Shown here piece by piece: positions 32,751 to 42,873 of a DNA stretch of 64,000 nucleotides (the stretch's first letter is position 1; every line of letters begins with the position of its first letter). Under the pieces are notes generated by a model. It did no database searches, was not told where the DNA came from, and saw only the letters and a list, made by a program, of their open reading frames with translations. Both the position numbers and the translations under genes were made by a program. This stretch comes from an uncultured delta proteobacterium (GTDB taxonomy: Bacteria; Myxococcota_A; Polyangia; Polyangiales; Polyangiaceae), in the NCBI GenBank assembly GCA_963850305.1, contig CAWKKR010000005.1, positions 160,001 through 224,000 on the forward strand, written 5' to 3'.

Positions 32751-35700
32751 GCGCGCCCCCCGGGAGGACCGCCGGAGAGGGCCGAGGACAGCTGCTCCAC
32801 GATGTCGCGCGGCGGCAGGTCGAAGAAGACTCCGGTGTCGGGGCCTCGCGCCTTCGACAAGCCGCGCAGGAAGAGGTAGAGCGCGCCGCCCATGTGCCGG
32901 TCGTAGTCGTACGCCGGTACGCGCGTCGCGAGGTGACGGTGGAGCGCGACGAGGTAGAGGTGATACTGGAGAAAGTAGTGGTGGTGCCCCATCGGCGTGA
33001 GGAGCGCCGCGGGCGCGTAGTTCGACGGCAATGGCCCGAGGTAATTGGACTTGTAATCCACGAGGTAGAAGCGACCCTCGTGTTCGAACACGAGAATCGA
33101 TGAAGCCACGCAGGAACCCCGCGAGCGGCGTGAACTCGAGCGCCCCGACGCGGTCTGCGTATCCCATCGGCAAGCCCTTGCCCTCGCGGCGTCGTAGGAC
33201 GGCGGCGACGGTGCTCGCCGTGACGGCCGCGTCGGCAACGTTCGCGGTCGGGAACGTGAACTCGAGCTCCGAGAGACGGCGCTCCGTCGCGACCCGTCCG
33301 AGGACGAGCTCCGGCTCGCGGCGGGTGAGCCGCGTTGCGAGGGCGTCGTCGAGCGCCAGCGTCACGACATCCGCGAACCGCTTCACGTCGAACCCGCCGC
33401 GACCCAGGTGCGTCGCGACGAGGCGCGGGAGCTCCTCCGGATCGCGTCGCTCGAAGTCCGCTTCCTCGAGGATCGCGTGCAATGTGTCCCCCGCGCGGGG
33501 CCCCTTCGGGAAATCGTCGAAGCAGGACCGCGGTCTCGGCCGCGGCGTCCCCCGGCAAAGGCCCTCCCGCTGCCGTATCCCCCGTCTCGGGATCCGGCTC
33601 CCGTTGGTCTTCGGGCGCGGATGCCTCGCCGTTGCTCGTGAGAGCACTGAAGCTCGACGTCCGGAACGTCGTGGAAAGTCGTCGCCTCACCGCGCGCGCG
33701 TGGAGCTCCGGGTGGGCCTCACCTTCCAGGCGGTACGGTTCGGCAGGCGCCTCGCTCGCGCGTTCGACGCAGATCGCGCCGTCCGATGCGCGCGAGAGCG
33801 CCTCCAGGTCGCGGACGATCGTGTCGTCGTCTGGAGTGGCTCCGCTGCCGCCGAGGAGCTGCGGGTGGAGCAGACGGGCGAGCGCGGACTCCTGCCAGTA
33901 CTGATACGGTCCCCAGACGACGATCGTCCGGTGCTTGGCCCGGGTGAGCGCCACGTATGCGAGCCGCAAGCCCTCCGCGAGAGCCTCGTCTCGCGCGTGG
34001 GCGAGAGCTTCGGTCTTGTCGTCCTCCGCGCGCACGTCGAGGACGAGTTCGTTGCTTCGAGTGGGATCGTGGTAGCGCAGGCGCTTCATTTCCCTTGGGA
34101 AGAGCCCCGAACTCCGCCAAAGCGACGGGAGCACGACGACCGGGTATTCGAGCCCCTTGCTCCGATGCATCGTCGTGAGCTGTACGGCGCGTTCGTCGCT
34201 CTCCAGGCGAATCTGCTGCGACTCTGCCGCCATGCCGTCGCGGGCCTCGTCATCGTGGCGGACGTCGGCGAACCACGTCAGGAGCCCGGCGATGCCCCGA
34301 TGACGCGCGGTGGCCTCCCGGTGACAGAGTTCCGTCAGATGAAGGAAGTTCGTCAACTTGCGCTCGCCCCCGACGGTTCGGAGGATCCGCGCCGCGACGT
34401 GGCGCTCGCGCATGAGTCGACGGAGCGCGATGAGAAAGCCGCGCTCGCTCCATGCTCGATGCCAGCTTGCGAAATCGCCGAGCCAGGTTTCCCAGCCGTC
34501 CTCGTCGTCGCCGAGACGGAACAGCTCGGTCGCATCCAGGCCGAGCAAGGACGTCGCGAGCGCCAATCGTACGGCGGTGGCGTTGGTCGGCTCCGCGAGG
34601 CCCTCGAGGACGAGAGCCAGCTCACGGGCCTCGGTCGTATCGAGGACGCTCGTATCACCGTGCAGCACGCTCGGGACTCCGAGGGTCCGCAGCGCGGCCT
34701 GCACGTCGTGGGCCTCCACGTTGGACCGAGTCAGCACGGCGAAGTCCCCCGGTCGGAGCGGGCGGGCCCCGCCGGACTCCTCCGGATCGTTCAGACTCGA
34801 GTCCGTGGCTTTCGAGAGTAGTCGAGCGATCTCCGCAGCGACGAGAGCAGGAACCCGCTCGGGCTTCGGCGCTCGAAGGCGTCCGTTCTCTTTCGTATCC
34901 CGCAGCGTGAGAAGCAACTGAAGCTGGCTTCCGTTAGAGCCTAGAAGCCGCAGGCGATCGCCTGCGTCGCGCGGCGTCCTCACGGGCTCGAAGCGAATCG
35001 CGTCGAGCAAGAATGGGCAGGGGTTGCTCGCGAACACGGTGTTGACGGCCCTCACCAGCGTCGGATCCGACCGGTAATTCGTGTCGAGCGTGGAGCGGGA
35101 GTCGGCGTCTTTCGCCGCGCCGAGATAAGCGAACACGTCGGCGCCACGGAACGCATAGATGGCCTGCTTCGGATCCCCGATGAGGAACAGACTGGTCTTC
35201 TTCGCGCGGTAGAGGGTGCGGAAAATCTCGTATTGGACGGGGTCCGTGTCGTGAAACTCGTCTATCAGTGCAGCGGGAAACCGACGTCGAATCGCGGCCC
35301 CGAGTGCGCGTCGGCGGGGTCCGCGCAGCGCGTCGCGAAGGGCGTGCAACACGTCGTCGAAGGACTGCGCCGACAGTGCACGGAGCCGACCCGGTAGCTC
35401 GGCGCGGACGTGCCGGATCACTTCCTGCTGCATCCCTTGCGCCCAGCGTTCGAGTGTCGCCTCCAGCGTCGCGCGGGCATCCACGAGCTCCTTACCGATC
35501 CGGAACGCGGCGTGCGTCGGCGCGATCTTGCCCTTCCGCGTCCCCGCGACGATCGCGCTCTCCGACAGCTTCACGACGTCTGCTGACCAGCCATCGAGCG
35601 AGTCCTCGGGTGCGTCGAGCGTCGCCCGCATTGCCGCGACCGCGCGCCGGCAGATCGATTCCTTGTACTCGACTCGCTTCAAGGCTTCGGAGCAAAGAAG

Positions 35701-36399
35701 AAGGTCGAGGACTACATTTTGGCTCGCCGCCCACTCCACGCGCATGCGCTCACGAATGGCTCGATACCGTTCGAAATCGCCCGGTACGTCAATCGGCCCT
35801 GTGGCAGCGACAACCGGAGCGTCCGGAAAGCGAGCGGCGAGCATGCCGAGCGCAACCAGGTCTTCCGCTCCCAGCCCGTGGGCCCGCGCATATTCGACCT
35901 CCAGGCGGCGCGCCTTCTCGAACCGGCTGTTCCAGAAGTCGTGAATGAGATCGGTCACGACGGGTTGAATGTCGGCGATCAGCTCCACATCGGGGCGGAC
36001 CCCGCCATCGAACGCGTACTCGGCCAAGATACGCTGGCAAAATCCGTGAATCGTGAGGATACCGGCTTCGTCGACTCCCGATAGTGCGCGAGCGAGCCGC
36101 TGCTGATCGGCACCCGGATCACGGCTCCGAGACAGGAGCGCCGCCAGTAACGGGTCTTTTGAAGCGCCTCGCGCGAAGGCGATGGCTGCCTCACGCAGCC
36201 TTCGGCGAATCCGGTCGCGTAATTCGGCCGTTGCGGCATTGGTGAAGGTCACCACGAGGATCTGGTCGACTTCGAGCCGTCGCTCGAGCACCAAGCGCAC
36301 GAACAACGTCGCGATCGTGTGCGTCTTGCCGGTGCCGGCGCTGGCCTCGATCAGTCGGGTGCCCGTGAGCTCGATCGCCAGCGGGTCCAGGGCAGTCAT
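32747..36399 (-). CDS. recB: Exodeoxyribonuclease V beta subunit (two apparent frameshifts near 33520 and 33095)
   Basis: LIEASAGTGKT, VTFTNAAT, GDPKQAIY, HRSKGLEY, YVALTRA; nuclease motif GFID/LVF..VDYKSN split across frames. Confidence 0.92.
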
Positions 36400-39300
36400 C
36401 CTTGCTCCCTCTGCGACCAGCGTAGAAACGGCTCGAATATCGCGATCGCGAGTTCCGCGAAGGAAGGGAGACCGAGCGACTTCTCGGCGTCGAAGGGAAC
36501 GATCCGCGCGTCGAACGGATCCTCGAACTCGAAGAGCCGGCGGACGTACACGTCCTCGCCGTCGCGGAAAGCATTCCGTTTGTCCGTATACAGCTTGCGT
36601 GCACCGTCGAGGGCAATACGCTCGGCGTCCTCTTTGCCTCCGGCCGCCAGACAGATCTTGGCGTACTCGAACGACGCGGCCGGAAAAAAGCAGAGCGGCG
36701 CCCGCTGGCCGAGCGCGTGAAGGTGCAGGATCGTCCCGAGGTACCGACGCGCTTCCTCCATCGGAACCTTGGCGAACACACGCGACCCGACTATTCCGTC
36801 GGCGTCATGAGCAGCGCGGCCGAGCACGACCGTTTCACGGGCCGCTGGTGTGCACGCGAGCGCGAGATGTCTCACCCACGCCGCGAGCTCCGTTCTCGGC
36901 TTGAGTCGCGCAAATCGTACGAAGACCTGTCCCTTCGCGTAAAGCTCGCGGAGCACGCCGGTCAGCAATGTCCCGTCGACGTCGAGCGCGACTTCCGTTG
37001 GCGATGCGCGCCCGCCGTCGCGCCGGAGCCGTGCGGCGTCGTGCAGCGCGAAGACCTCCGCCAGGACGTGCTCGGCATCCACGTCTCCCGGAGTACCGAT
37101 GGGTAGGAGACCGAGCAGCCGAGCGCTGGAGCACGCCTCGCGGAGCGATTCGCCCGCGAGCGCGCGCTCGAAGAGCCGCGCGCCGACCTCGTGCGCACCG
37201 AGCGGAGCGAGTTCGATGGGCTCGCGATCCGAGATCAGGAGCGGGTCGTCCGTCAGCACCACGCCTAGACGGCGCTGAATCAACGCGCGCGCCGGGTTCT
37301 CGAGAAATCGAGCGAGCGCGTCCAGATCCACCGGCCCCGTTTCGGGCGCGACGAGCGGTGCAACATGGAAGCGCGCAGTTGCTCCCGCGGATGTGAGCAA
37401 TGCCCTTGCACCCTCCGCGTCGGCGGGATCATGGCCGAAGAGTCGCGTGTCGTCGTCGGCGCCGAAGTAGCGTGGGCTGAATGCTTGCAGGGGGTGCCCG
37501 AGGAGCACGTGCTGGACGACGTCATCTCCGTCGAGCTCTGCGGCGAACGACAAGGAGAGCTGTCGGCGAGGGTCGCCTGTGGCGTACGTTGCGTGAAGGG
37601 AGTCGAGAAGCTCCGCGACGACGACGGAGGGCGGCAAGGTGGCGTTGTCGTGCGCTGCGCGCCCCACGTACGAAAGGAGGAGGCGGCTTCGCGCAGAGAG
37701 CAAGCCGTCGAGGAAGAGCTGGCGATCTTCGTCGCGGGCGGAGCGATCGCCCGGCTCCGGCTGGCAAAAGATCAGATCGAACGCGGGCGCGTGATCGCGC
37801 CGCGGGAACTGCGCGTCGGAAAGGCCGAGAATGCACACCATCTTGAATGGGATGCTGCGCATCGGAAGGAGCGCGGAGAACGTGACGCCCCCCGAAAGAA
37901 AGCCGCGTGCGGCTTGCTTCGAGCCAAGTTCGAAGCGAAGAGCGAGCGTCACGGTGCGACAGTCGATCGGGCGATCGTAGCGGGCGCGAGTGACCTGTCG
38001 CGCGAGCGTGTCGAGCCAGCGTCGGACACTGCGCACGTCCGCGGTGCGAGCTTCCCCGGAAGGCGCGAACGCATCGACGAGGCGGCCCAGGACGACACTC
38101 CACTCCGCGGGAGAGCGCATCTCGCCGAGGATTCGTCGCCACTCGAAGAGCGTCGAGGCGAACTCCGACAGCTTGCCGACGAGATCGGCGGACTCGCTCG
38201 TCCCCGTGGCAACCGGCGAACGGTCGCAGAACGGCTTGCCCTCCGCTCCCACTGCTTGTCCGAGAAGCAGTCTCTCTAGCCCGAACTTCCAGGTGTTCTC
38301 CGCCCGCCTCGGCTGACCGCTCTCCTCTCGATGGAAGCCGTCGATTCCCCATCGGATGCCGGAGCCCTGTACCAGACGACGAACCTCCGGGAGCTCCGAC
38401 GCCTGGATCCCGAACCGCTCGCAGATGGGTTCGAGCTGGAGCAGGTCGAGGACGTCGCTTGCCCGGAATCGTCCGTCGGAGATTTCGAGCACGCGCAGGA
38501 GAGCTTCCGCGACGAGATTGGCCGCTGCCATACTCCGATCCGCGATGCGGTATGGGATGAAGCCTGGTGCGGTCGGGTCGGTGCCGAACACGGTGTCGAC
38601 GAGGGGCGCATACTCGTCGATGTCGGGCGCCATGACGATGACATGGTGCGGTTCGAGAGACGGATCTGCCTCGAAGGCTGCGAGCAGCTGGTCCCGGAGT
38701 ACTTCGACCTCCCGCATCGGTCCGTGGCACGAATGGACCGAGAGCGACGTGTCGTCGGAGCGAATCGGCGTGCCGCCTCGAGACTTCGCGCCGTGCGGAC
38801 GGCCCGCCAGAAGGTCTGACTGCAAGACGGCGAGTATCGATCGCGCCCCGGGCTCGACGAAGTGATCTACGATCGCCGCGTGCGGCGCCTCTTCGCGGAG
38901 GAGCCGCTCGAAATCCTTGCTCATCGAACCGAGGGATGCGACGAGCGGATGCTCCGCCCTTCGGTCGTGCGATGCACGGAGCAGAAAAAGGTGAACGTCG
39001 CGCTCGTGGGAGAGATGGGAAAGAACGCGAAGATAGATTCGCGGGAGCGCGGAGGCGCCGAACACGGAGACCCGCGGAGGTGCCGTCTTCGGAATCGACG
39101 AGGCGAGAAAGCGCGCTGCTCGGGTGGCGATGTGCGAGGAACCGTGCCGTTCGATCAGCGCGCGCCACAGATCGGGTTGAAAACCGCGACCTGCACCGCG
39201 CTCCCAGGCAAGAACGAGCTCGGGTCGATACACGGCGTACTGGTCGAACACGTTCGCGATTTGACTCGCAAGCTCGAATCGATCGAGCGCGCTATCCCCG

Positions 39301-39644
39301 CGCAGACAATTGGCGAGCGCTTCGGCGCCTGGTCTCTGCGCGATGTCCGGCAGGAGCTCGGCGATCGACCAGCGGAGGCACGCCGGCGCGAACGCCTCGG
39401 CGGCCTCGACATCCGGGTTCGCCTCGACGAGAAGCTGGTCGACGAAGGCGCGAGGGAAAGGAAAGCGCGCGTTTGCCCAGACGCCCAGATGGTTCGAGAG
39501 CTCCTGCGAGAGCCAGCGCTCCATACCCTGGCTCGACACGACGATGTGTTCCGTCGTCAGCGCCGAGCCGAGTGGGGTCCGAACCACGTCCGCGAGTGCG
39601 CGGACGAGCTCTTCGTTACGGTTGCTGCGGTGAATGAAGAACAA
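36396..39644 (-). CDS. recC: Exodeoxyribonuclease V gamma subunit
   Basis: HRSNR.E.L, CHGPMREVEVL, FDQYAVYRP, PMRSIPF, HPLQAFS; 4-bp overlap with recB. Confidence 0.93.
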   Translation of the reverse strand: MFFIHRSNRNEELVRALADVVRTPLGSALTTEHIVVSSQGMERWLSQELSNHLGVWANARFPFPRAFVDQLLVEANPDVEAAEAFAPACLRWSIAELLPDIAQRPGAEALANCLRGDSALDRFELASQIANVFDQYAVYRPELVLAWERGAGRGFQPDLWRALIERHGSSHIATRAARFLASSIPKTAPPRVSVFGASALPRIYLRVLSHLSHERDVHLFLLRASHDRRAEHPLVASLGSMSKDFERLLREEAPHAAIVDHFVEPGARSILAVLQSDLLAGRPHGAKSRGGTPIRSDDTSLSVHSCHGPMREVEVLRDQLLAAFEADPSLEPHHVIVMAPDIDEYAPLVDTVFGTDPTAPGFIPYRIADRSMAAANLVAEALLRVLEISDGRFRASDVLDLLQLEPICERFGIQASELPEVRRLVQGSGIRWGIDGFHREESGQPRRAENTWKFGLERLLLGQAVGAEGKPFCDRSPVATGTSESADLVGKLSEFASTLFEWRRILGEMRSPAEWSVVLGRLVDAFAPSGEARTADVRSVRRWLDTLARQVTRARYDRPIDCRTVTLALRFELGSKQAARGFLSGGVTFSALLPMRSIPFKMVCILGLSDAQFPRRDHAPAFDLIFCQPEPGDRSARDEDRQLFLDGLLSARSRLLLSYVGRAAHDNATLPPSVVVAELLDSLHATYATGDPRRQLSLSFAAELDGDDVVQHVLLGHPLQAFSPRYFGADDDTRLFGHDPADAEGARALLTSAGATARFHVAPLVAPETGPVDLDALARFLENPARALIQRRLGVVLTDDPLLISDREPIELAPLGAHEVGARLFERALAGESLREACSSARLLGLLPIGTPGDVDAEHVLAEVFALHDAARLRRDGGRASPTEVALDVDGTLLTGVLRELYAKGQVFVRFARLKPRTELAAWVRHLALACTPAARETVVLGRAAHDADGIVGSRVFAKVPMEEARRYLGTILHLHALGQRAPLCFFPAASFEYAKICLAAGGKEDAERIALDGARKLYTDKRNAFRDGEDVYVRRLFEFEDPFDARIVPFDAEKSLGLPSFAELAIAIFEPFLRWSQREQG

Positions 39645-39731
39645 GGGTTTGCCCGAGATACGTCGTGCAGCCCTCCCCTTCAAGGGACGGGGACACGGTA
39701 TGTCAGCTCTGCGAGTTCGCCCCGGTGGGCG

Positions 39732-40124
39732 TCACTTCACGAGCGCGGATACCGGTGCCGCTGTGCCGGGCTCCGCTGAATCGGGGGGGGCCATGGAGCA
39801 AGTGCCGGAGAATTGCACGCCTTTGTCCATGAATATCTCGGGCGCATGGAGCGTCCCGTTCACGATCGCCGGGACATAGAGCTCGATCGACTGCGTCGCG
39901 CGGACGTTCGCACGCACTACGCCGCCCTTGATGATGACGCTCCCCGCGTCGATCTCGCCATCGACTTCCGCACCGTCGCCGATGACCAGGATATCCGAGC
40001 TCCGAATTTCACCCCGGAATTGCCCATCTATCCTCACCCGGCCCTCGAAATGGAGCTTTCCCTCGAAGCTCGTTCCGGTCCCGAGGAGCGCGGTGATCTC
40101 GGTTGCAGGGAGCGACACGGCCAT
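39732..40124 (-). CDS. Bactofilin (polymer-forming cytoskeletal protein)
   Basis: GTGTSFEGKLHFEGRVRIDG, GVQFSGTCSM beta-helix repeats. Confidence 0.92.
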   Translation of the reverse strand: MAVSLPATEITALLGTGTSFEGKLHFEGRVRIDGQFRGEIRSSDILVIGDGAEVDGEIDAGSVIIKGGVVRANVRATQSIELYVPAIVNGTLHAPEIFMDKGVQFSGTCSMAPPDSAEPGTAAPVSALVK

Positions 40125-40182
40125 TTCGCGCGCAGCTTACAACAGTTCGTCCTGTGCAGCGTCAATGGTTCGATGGACAATC

Positions 40183-42039
40183 GTGACGCATGTCTTTCGC
40201 CCGGGTCGCTTGGTGCTCCGCGCGTCCGGCGTGAGCGTCGCGTTCGCCGTCGCCCTGACGGCCAGCGTCGAAGCGGCACCGGTGGAACCGACGACCGTTT
40301 CTGGCGTCGCGAGCTCCGCCGCAGAGTTTCGGGCGGACCGTCTCGAGCTGGATCCGCGCCTCTCCCGGCTGACCCTGACCGGGCACGTAGTCATCGCGGT
40401 CGACCGCTATCGCTTGACGAGTGACCATCTCGATGTCGCGCGCGGCGCGAAAGGCATCGCGATCTCCGGGGGCGGTAGCGTCGCGCTCTGCGGCTGTCCG
40501 AACCCGCCCGTGACGTTGGGCTTTGCTTCCGCCTGGGTCGCGCCGCCCACGGATTTGTTCCTCACGCAACCAACCGTGCGCGTCGCGGGGGTGCCAGTGC
40601 TGTGGCTCCCGTATCTCTGGCTCCGCTCACCGGCGAGCGTCGGTGTGCTGCCGCTGACACTTGCGTGGCGCGGTGAGGATGGCCTCCTGCTCGGGTCGGG
40701 CATTCATGTGCCGCTGTCGCAAGCGACGGCGCTCGACCTCAGCGCGGCCTTCTACGCCAAGGGTGGCGCCGACGTAGAGGCGCGGCTCCTGACTCCGCGG
40801 ACGTCGACGGTGGTACGCTGGGATTACCTCCGCGAGGGCGCGCTCGCCGCGGATCTCGGAGGGTCGAGCGAGGCCGTCGAGGGCGCGACGGTTGCGTGGA
40901 GCGTCGATGCGCTGCGCGGGGCTCGAGCCCTGACCGGACCATCACTGCTGGAGGACGTCGCGCTTCGTCAAGATCGGGCGCGCGTCGCCGCGGGGTGGAC
41001 CGATGGCGCGACGATCGCGGGGGTTCGATTCGTTGCGGACGCCGTTCGCGGCGGCGCGGCGGACAGCCTGGGGTCGGTCGGGCCCGGAGCCTTTGCGGGA
41101 ATTGGGGGGGCCATCGGCCCGCTCGGGCAGGGGAAGCTCGACGTCGGAGTCGTCTCATTGCAGGGGGCATCGCCGTTCGCCACGACGTTGCTCTCCACGC
41201 ATGGGCAGGTACGCGCGGACCTACGCGAGGGCCCGCTGCTCCTGGGGCTCTCGGGGAACGCCCGAGGGATCGCGACCCTCGACGACGTCAGGGCGGGGTA
41301 CTCCGGCGCGGCCGGTATCGGAGCAGACGCGGAACTCCCGTTGATGCGAACCTTCGGCGACGGATCGCTCCAGCACTTCATCGTGCCGATCATCTCGGGC
41401 TTCTCCGGGTTCTCCGAGACTCGCTCTCCGTCCATCGCCACGCCGATCTCCGACAATGGCCCTTTCTATGCCGCGTCCGCCGGGCTTCGCACGACCCTCG
41501 GGGAAGCGTGGGGTTCGCGCGACGCCGTCACCGCGTCGTTGCGTGGCGGTGCTCTCGGCGTCGGCGATAGTCGAGCGCGGAGTGCGTTTGCCTGGGCCGC
41601 CGGGGGCCAGACTCGCCTTCTCGCTCTCGAGAGCCAGGGCGTCGTCGTTGGAGGCTCGCCAGCGTCGATCGCGCTGTTCAATGTCCGGATTGGAGACCTG
41701 GCGGGGCCCTTCGTGGCGACGCGGGCCGCCGAGCAAAAAGGGGCTGTTCCCGTCCTGGGTCGAATTCTCGCCGGGGGTTGGGACGCTCCCGGGGCATCGT
41801 GGCTCGCTCCGAACGATGGCTGGTCCGTCGGCGGTGCAATCGGGTTCCCCTGGACAAAATGGCTCAGCACCGGCGTGGACGCGGACTACGACCTCGCCGA
41901 TCACGTGTGGCTCGGAACGCGCGGAACGCTGGCGTATCGCCATCCGTGTGGTTGTCTGGGTGTGACGATGTGGGGTGGCCACCGCGCCGGCAGGCGCGGA
42001 GTGGATTCCTGGCTCACGGTGGATCTCGAGCGCCCGTGA
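40183..42039 (+). CDS. LptD/OstA-like outer-membrane protein (divergent); start uncertain
   Basis: Signal peptide, RADRLELD jellyroll, VAGVPVLWLPY, YRHPCGC near the C-terminus, beta-strand pattern. Confidence 0.65.
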   Translation: MTHVFRPGRLVLRASGVSVAFAVALTASVEAAPVEPTTVSGVASSAAEFRADRLELDPRLSRLTLTGHVVIAVDRYRLTSDHLDVARGAKGIAISGGGSVALCGCPNPPVTLGFASAWVAPPTDLFLTQPTVRVAGVPVLWLPYLWLRSPASVGVLPLTLAWRGEDGLLLGSGIHVPLSQATALDLSAAFYAKGGADVEARLLTPRTSTVVRWDYLREGALAADLGGSSEAVEGATVAWSVDALRGARALTGPSLLEDVALRQDRARVAAGWTDGATIAGVRFVADAVRGGAADSLGSVGPGAFAGIGGAIGPLGQGKLDVGVVSLQGASPFATTLLSTHGQVRADLREGPLLLGLSGNARGIATLDDVRAGYSGAAGIGADAELPLMRTFGDGSLQHFIVPIISGFSGFSETRSPSIATPISDNGPFYAASAGLRTTLGEAWGSRDAVTASLRGGALGVGDSRARSAFAWAAGGQTRLLALESQGVVVGGSPASIALFNVRIGDLAGPFVATRAAEQKGAVPVLGRILAGGWDAPGASWLAPNDGWSVGGAIGFPWTKWLSTGVDADYDLADHVWLGTRGTLAYRHPCGCLGVTMWGGHRAGRRGVDSWLTVDLERP

Positions 42040-42809
42040 TGGATGTCGCGATCGACATGGCAATCGGTTACTGTAGAAAGTTCGTGTCGAACTCTCGGAT
42101 CCGCACCGGTGGCGCTCTGGAAGAGCGGGCAGACACGGCTCCCGTTCGCCTCGTGGTCGGCCCGGTCCGCGTGCTGATCGTCGAGCCCGATGCGATGGTC
42201 CGTCGCACGCTGTCGCAGTGGCTGTCCGGGCGAGGGATCCATGTGATGGCGAAGGAAGATGCCGCGTCCGCGGTCGACGCGGTCGATGCGGGCGATGCGT
42301 ACGTCGCGCTGATCGACCTGACGGAACCGGAGGCTGGCGGCAGCGCGTTGCTCGAGCGCATCGTGACAGCGGGCATGGACCTGCAGGTCGTTGCGATGAC
42401 GGCGGCGGGTGACGCACGAGCGGGCGTCCGGGCCGTTCGTGCGGGGGCGTATCACTTCGTCGAGAAGCCCTTCCGGTCGAGCGACGAGGTGTTGCTCGTC
42501 GTGGAGAAAGCCGCAGAGCGACGCACCCTTATCCTTCGTAACCGCTCGCTTGCGGAGCGGCTCGACGAGCACAGCGGTGAGCCTTCCGGGGTGCCGCCCC
42601 TGAACGCCCCGACCACGGCTGACTGGCCCCTGGGCTTGCCGTATCGCCAGGCCAAGCGTCGCGCCATTGCGGCCTTCGAGATGGCCTATTTCGAAGCCGT
42701 GCTCCGGGTCACGCGCGGCAACGTGTCCGAGGCGGCGCGCCGCGCCGGTCTGGACCGTTCGAACTTCCGGCGTGCCGCGCGGCGCGCCGGCGTCACGTCG
42801 CGCGATTGA
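42039..42809 (+). CDS. Response regulator, REC plus Fis-type HTH (start uncertain, may be GTG 42171)
   Basis: VLIVEPD, ALIDL, MTA, FVEKPF; RGNVSEAARRAGLDRSNF. Confidence 0.85.
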   Translation: MDVAIDMAIGYCRKFVSNSRIRTGGALEERADTAPVRLVVGPVRVLIVEPDAMVRRTLSQWLSGRGIHVMAKEDAASAVDAVDAGDAYVALIDLTEPEAGGSALLERIVTAGMDLQVVAMTAAGDARAGVRAVRAGAYHFVEKPFRSSDEVLLVVEKAAERRTLILRNRSLAERLDEHSGEPSGVPPLNAPTTADWPLGLPYRQAKRRAIAAFEMAYFEAVLRVTRGNVSEAARRAGLDRSNFRRAARRAGVTSRD

Positions 42810-42873
42810 TTCGGTATCGACGGGGGACATTCGACGGTCGACGCCCAGAAATCGCGCTAGGCTCGCCCCCGAA

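Noticed and set aside
30933..33647. Apparent 904-aa RecB/RecD fusion ORF
   Set aside because: Artefact of the recB frameshifts; recD starts at ATG 32750
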